The position numbers and the translations under genes are program-made. 64,000 nt of DNA from Chloropicon primus (Eukaryota), in NCBI GenBank assembly GCA_023205875.1, contig CP060758.1, forward strand, positions 930,001 to 994,000, written 5' to 3'. The number at the start of each line of letters is the position of its first letter. Position 1 is the first letter of the stretch. Below, in pieces: positions 37,101 to 40,100 of the stretch. Under the pieces are notes generated by a model. The model saw nothing but the letters and a program-made list of their open reading frames with translations. It ran no database searches and was not told the DNA's origin.

Positions 37101-40100
37101 CTTGCTCCTCAGTGCATCTCTGGAGCCAATTTCTTTCAGCAGCAGTCCAGTAGCCAGCAAGACCTGTGCGCCACCTCTTCTGATGTTGTGATCATGGCAC
37201 TCGTTGTCGCCAGTCGAATAAACCCTGTTGTGGCCCGAATAATAAACCCCAGCTTTCTTGCTCCCGAAACTCAAATAATCTGTGGCCACAGGGACCTTCA
37301 CACCCCACTTGCCTTTGCTGGTCATCTTGCAGGCCGCGTTGAAATGGATCGCGGCATCAGATATCGCGGGATGCATGTTGAAATAGTCCTCCGGCTCGCC
37401 CTCGTAGCTGATGGAACACAGTGGACTGCAGCTTGGGTCGGGAGATATCCTGGCCGAGCATGTTTGAGCATTCTCTGGTCGGTCGGTGACCTGCAACTCT
37501 TTCCTCGCGTACGCAGTACAGTGGACGTTGTTGTGGCTCGAGATGGTGACGTAGCCATTTCCGTCCACGCGAGTGGAGAGCAGTGTCTCAAATTCAAAAC
37601 CGGTGTGCTGAGGAAGGAGGCAGGGCAGCATAATTGACAAATCTTGCACTCCCATAGGACTCTTCGTGCCTTGCCTCGTGTTCTGAGACGTGAGCAGAGA
37701 CGAGAACGCCATCTCAAAGAACCCAGAGCCTGGAAACAGGCACCTGTTGAAAACCTTGTGGTCCCACAGAAAGGGCTGCCTCTCCACGGAGAAGCACACT
37801 TCGATCTGGTGTCCAGGCTCACCAGAGCTGGCCCCAAAGGACAGGAAAGGATGAGCGATCGGCAGGCTCCACAAATACGTGCTTTCCAGCAAGTGGAATC
37901 TCGCCTTGCTGCTTTTCCACACCACGCCATCGCTGACGGCGTCAGAAGTGAACGAAGCGTGGGCATTCGTTCCCTGGAAAGCGAACGAACTGACGTGGTG
38001 AGTCTTCCCGTGCCCCTGATAGACGTTGCACGCCTCCCTCGAGGACAGAACCGAATTCTTGTGCTGCTTCAATGTAGCGACCACATGAGCATTCATCTCC
38101 CTCAGGTGACACATTCCTCTAAAGTTGTTCAAGTCTTGACAGAGGGCCAGGACGCCCACGGCCCCGGCCGCGGGCTCGGCGTGCCCAACATTCGATTTCA
38201 CAGAGGACAAGGAGATGCAGGCATCTCCTGCACTCGAGCTGAACGCCGAAAGAGCTGCTCCAACCTCTATTGGATCGCCGAGAGCGGTTCCCGTTCCGTG
38301 CATTTGAAGGACAGCGGCGTCCTCGGGCAAGCTGCCTCCCCTGGCCATCACCTGCCTGATAATGTCCTGCTGAGAGGGGCCGTTCGGGGCCGTGAGGGAG
38401 CTCGATCTCCCGTCCTGATTCACCGACGAAGCCTTCGCAACTATGGTGTGCCCCCCGGACTCGTCGCTGTGCAGGGCAAAGGCGAGAGCGGCTTCGGCTC
38501 TGACGTAGCCATCCGCGGAAGCATCCAGAGTTTTGCACCGCCCTTCCGAGGACAGCATTCCAGCAAGTGAGCATGACTCCGTCCACTCCCTGGCGAGCGT
38601 GAGGTTCGCACCGCAGAAGAGGGAGCTCTCAGAACTCCCTGGTGACATCGCGATGTGCTCCCTGGCCACGTGCATACCCACGAGAGATGAGGAGCACGCC
38701 GTGTCTATTGTGAGCGAGGGCCCCGTCATGCCAAATGTGTAAGAGAGTCGCCCGGAAGTCACACTGAGGTGCCCACTCGTCGCGGAGAACGTGCCCAAAC
38801 CGTTGTGGGCCACGTTCATGCGAGAGTATTCCAGCATTGATATTCCCACGAACACTCCCGAATTCGTCGACAACGGTGCTGGAGACTCGGTCATGACCAC
38901 GGCCGTGGTCTCCAGCAGCATCCTCTGCTGGGGATCCATGAACCTGGCCTCGTTCGATGCAATTCTGAAAGCTTGGCAATCGAAATCTTCGATGGAGCTC
39001 AGGAAGGACCCGAAGTTTGCGCCGACCTTCTTGCTGAGCTGGTCCCTCCAATCCCACCTCGACAGAGGCACGGTGCTGATCGAGTCGAAGTTGCCTTCCG
39101 TGTTGCTGCAGGGCATCTTGCTGTCACAGCACGTGACGAAAACCGTTGTGGTCGCATCACCTTGGATTCCAGAGGCTGGAAGGGCGTCCAACTCGCCCCC
39201 CGCGAGAGGACCCACCTGATCCGCTGCGTCGCATTCGGAGATGTAGCCCAGCAACAGGTTCAACGTGGGGTAATCAAACGTCGCTGTCGCGGACAGCTCG
39301 ACGTCCACCTCCTCCTTGATCTCTTCCATCAGTTGGACGGCAGTAGAAGAATTCAACCCTGCATCCGTGAAGGGCTGATCCGGCTCCAAGGCAAAATCGA
39401 AAAAGGACTGAATAATGTGCTTCACGGAATCCAACTTTGCGTCCGTGCCCTCCGAGTGGTGTCCTGGCGCTTGCTGTGTGCCGCACAGCGCGACCAAGTT
39501 CTCAGAGATGCTGGAAATGTTGCCGTAGTCAAACACCAGGGTGGAAGGCAAGGACACGCTCAGCTTCTCGCCGAGCCTGTTCGACAGCTCAATCGCGGTG
39601 GCCGAGGTCATCCCGTTCTCCATCAGAGGATCCCCCTCCCCCACGGAGGCTCCTGTCAACTCTGCGACAATATCTGAGACCAGCGTCTTCCAGGACTCTG
39701 GCTCTGACTTCGGCTCGACCTCTCCCGCAGGTGCACAGCCCGCAATCACGAGCGACAGCAAGAACCAGTCGCTGAATTCCACGCTGGACACATGGACAAT
39801 CACAACCTGGCCCAACAAGGCGTCCAGCAGTCTCATCGTCTCCGCCTGGACTGCGTCCCCCTTGTACACAATGACTGTGCTTCGGTCTTCCTCGTGCTCT
39901 GCAAGGAGGTTGAGCGCCACGGCGAGATCCCCCTCGCTCTCGCATTCCACGAGAATGACGGCCTCCCCCTCCTCTGCTTCGACGCCACCATGCGAGACAA
40001 CTTCCCACAGGTCCTTGCAGTCCTTCAAGGAGAAAGTTGTGGCACTGCCTTCGCCCTTGGACGCAAGGTAATTCTTGCGCAACTCCGTCTTCAGGATCTT

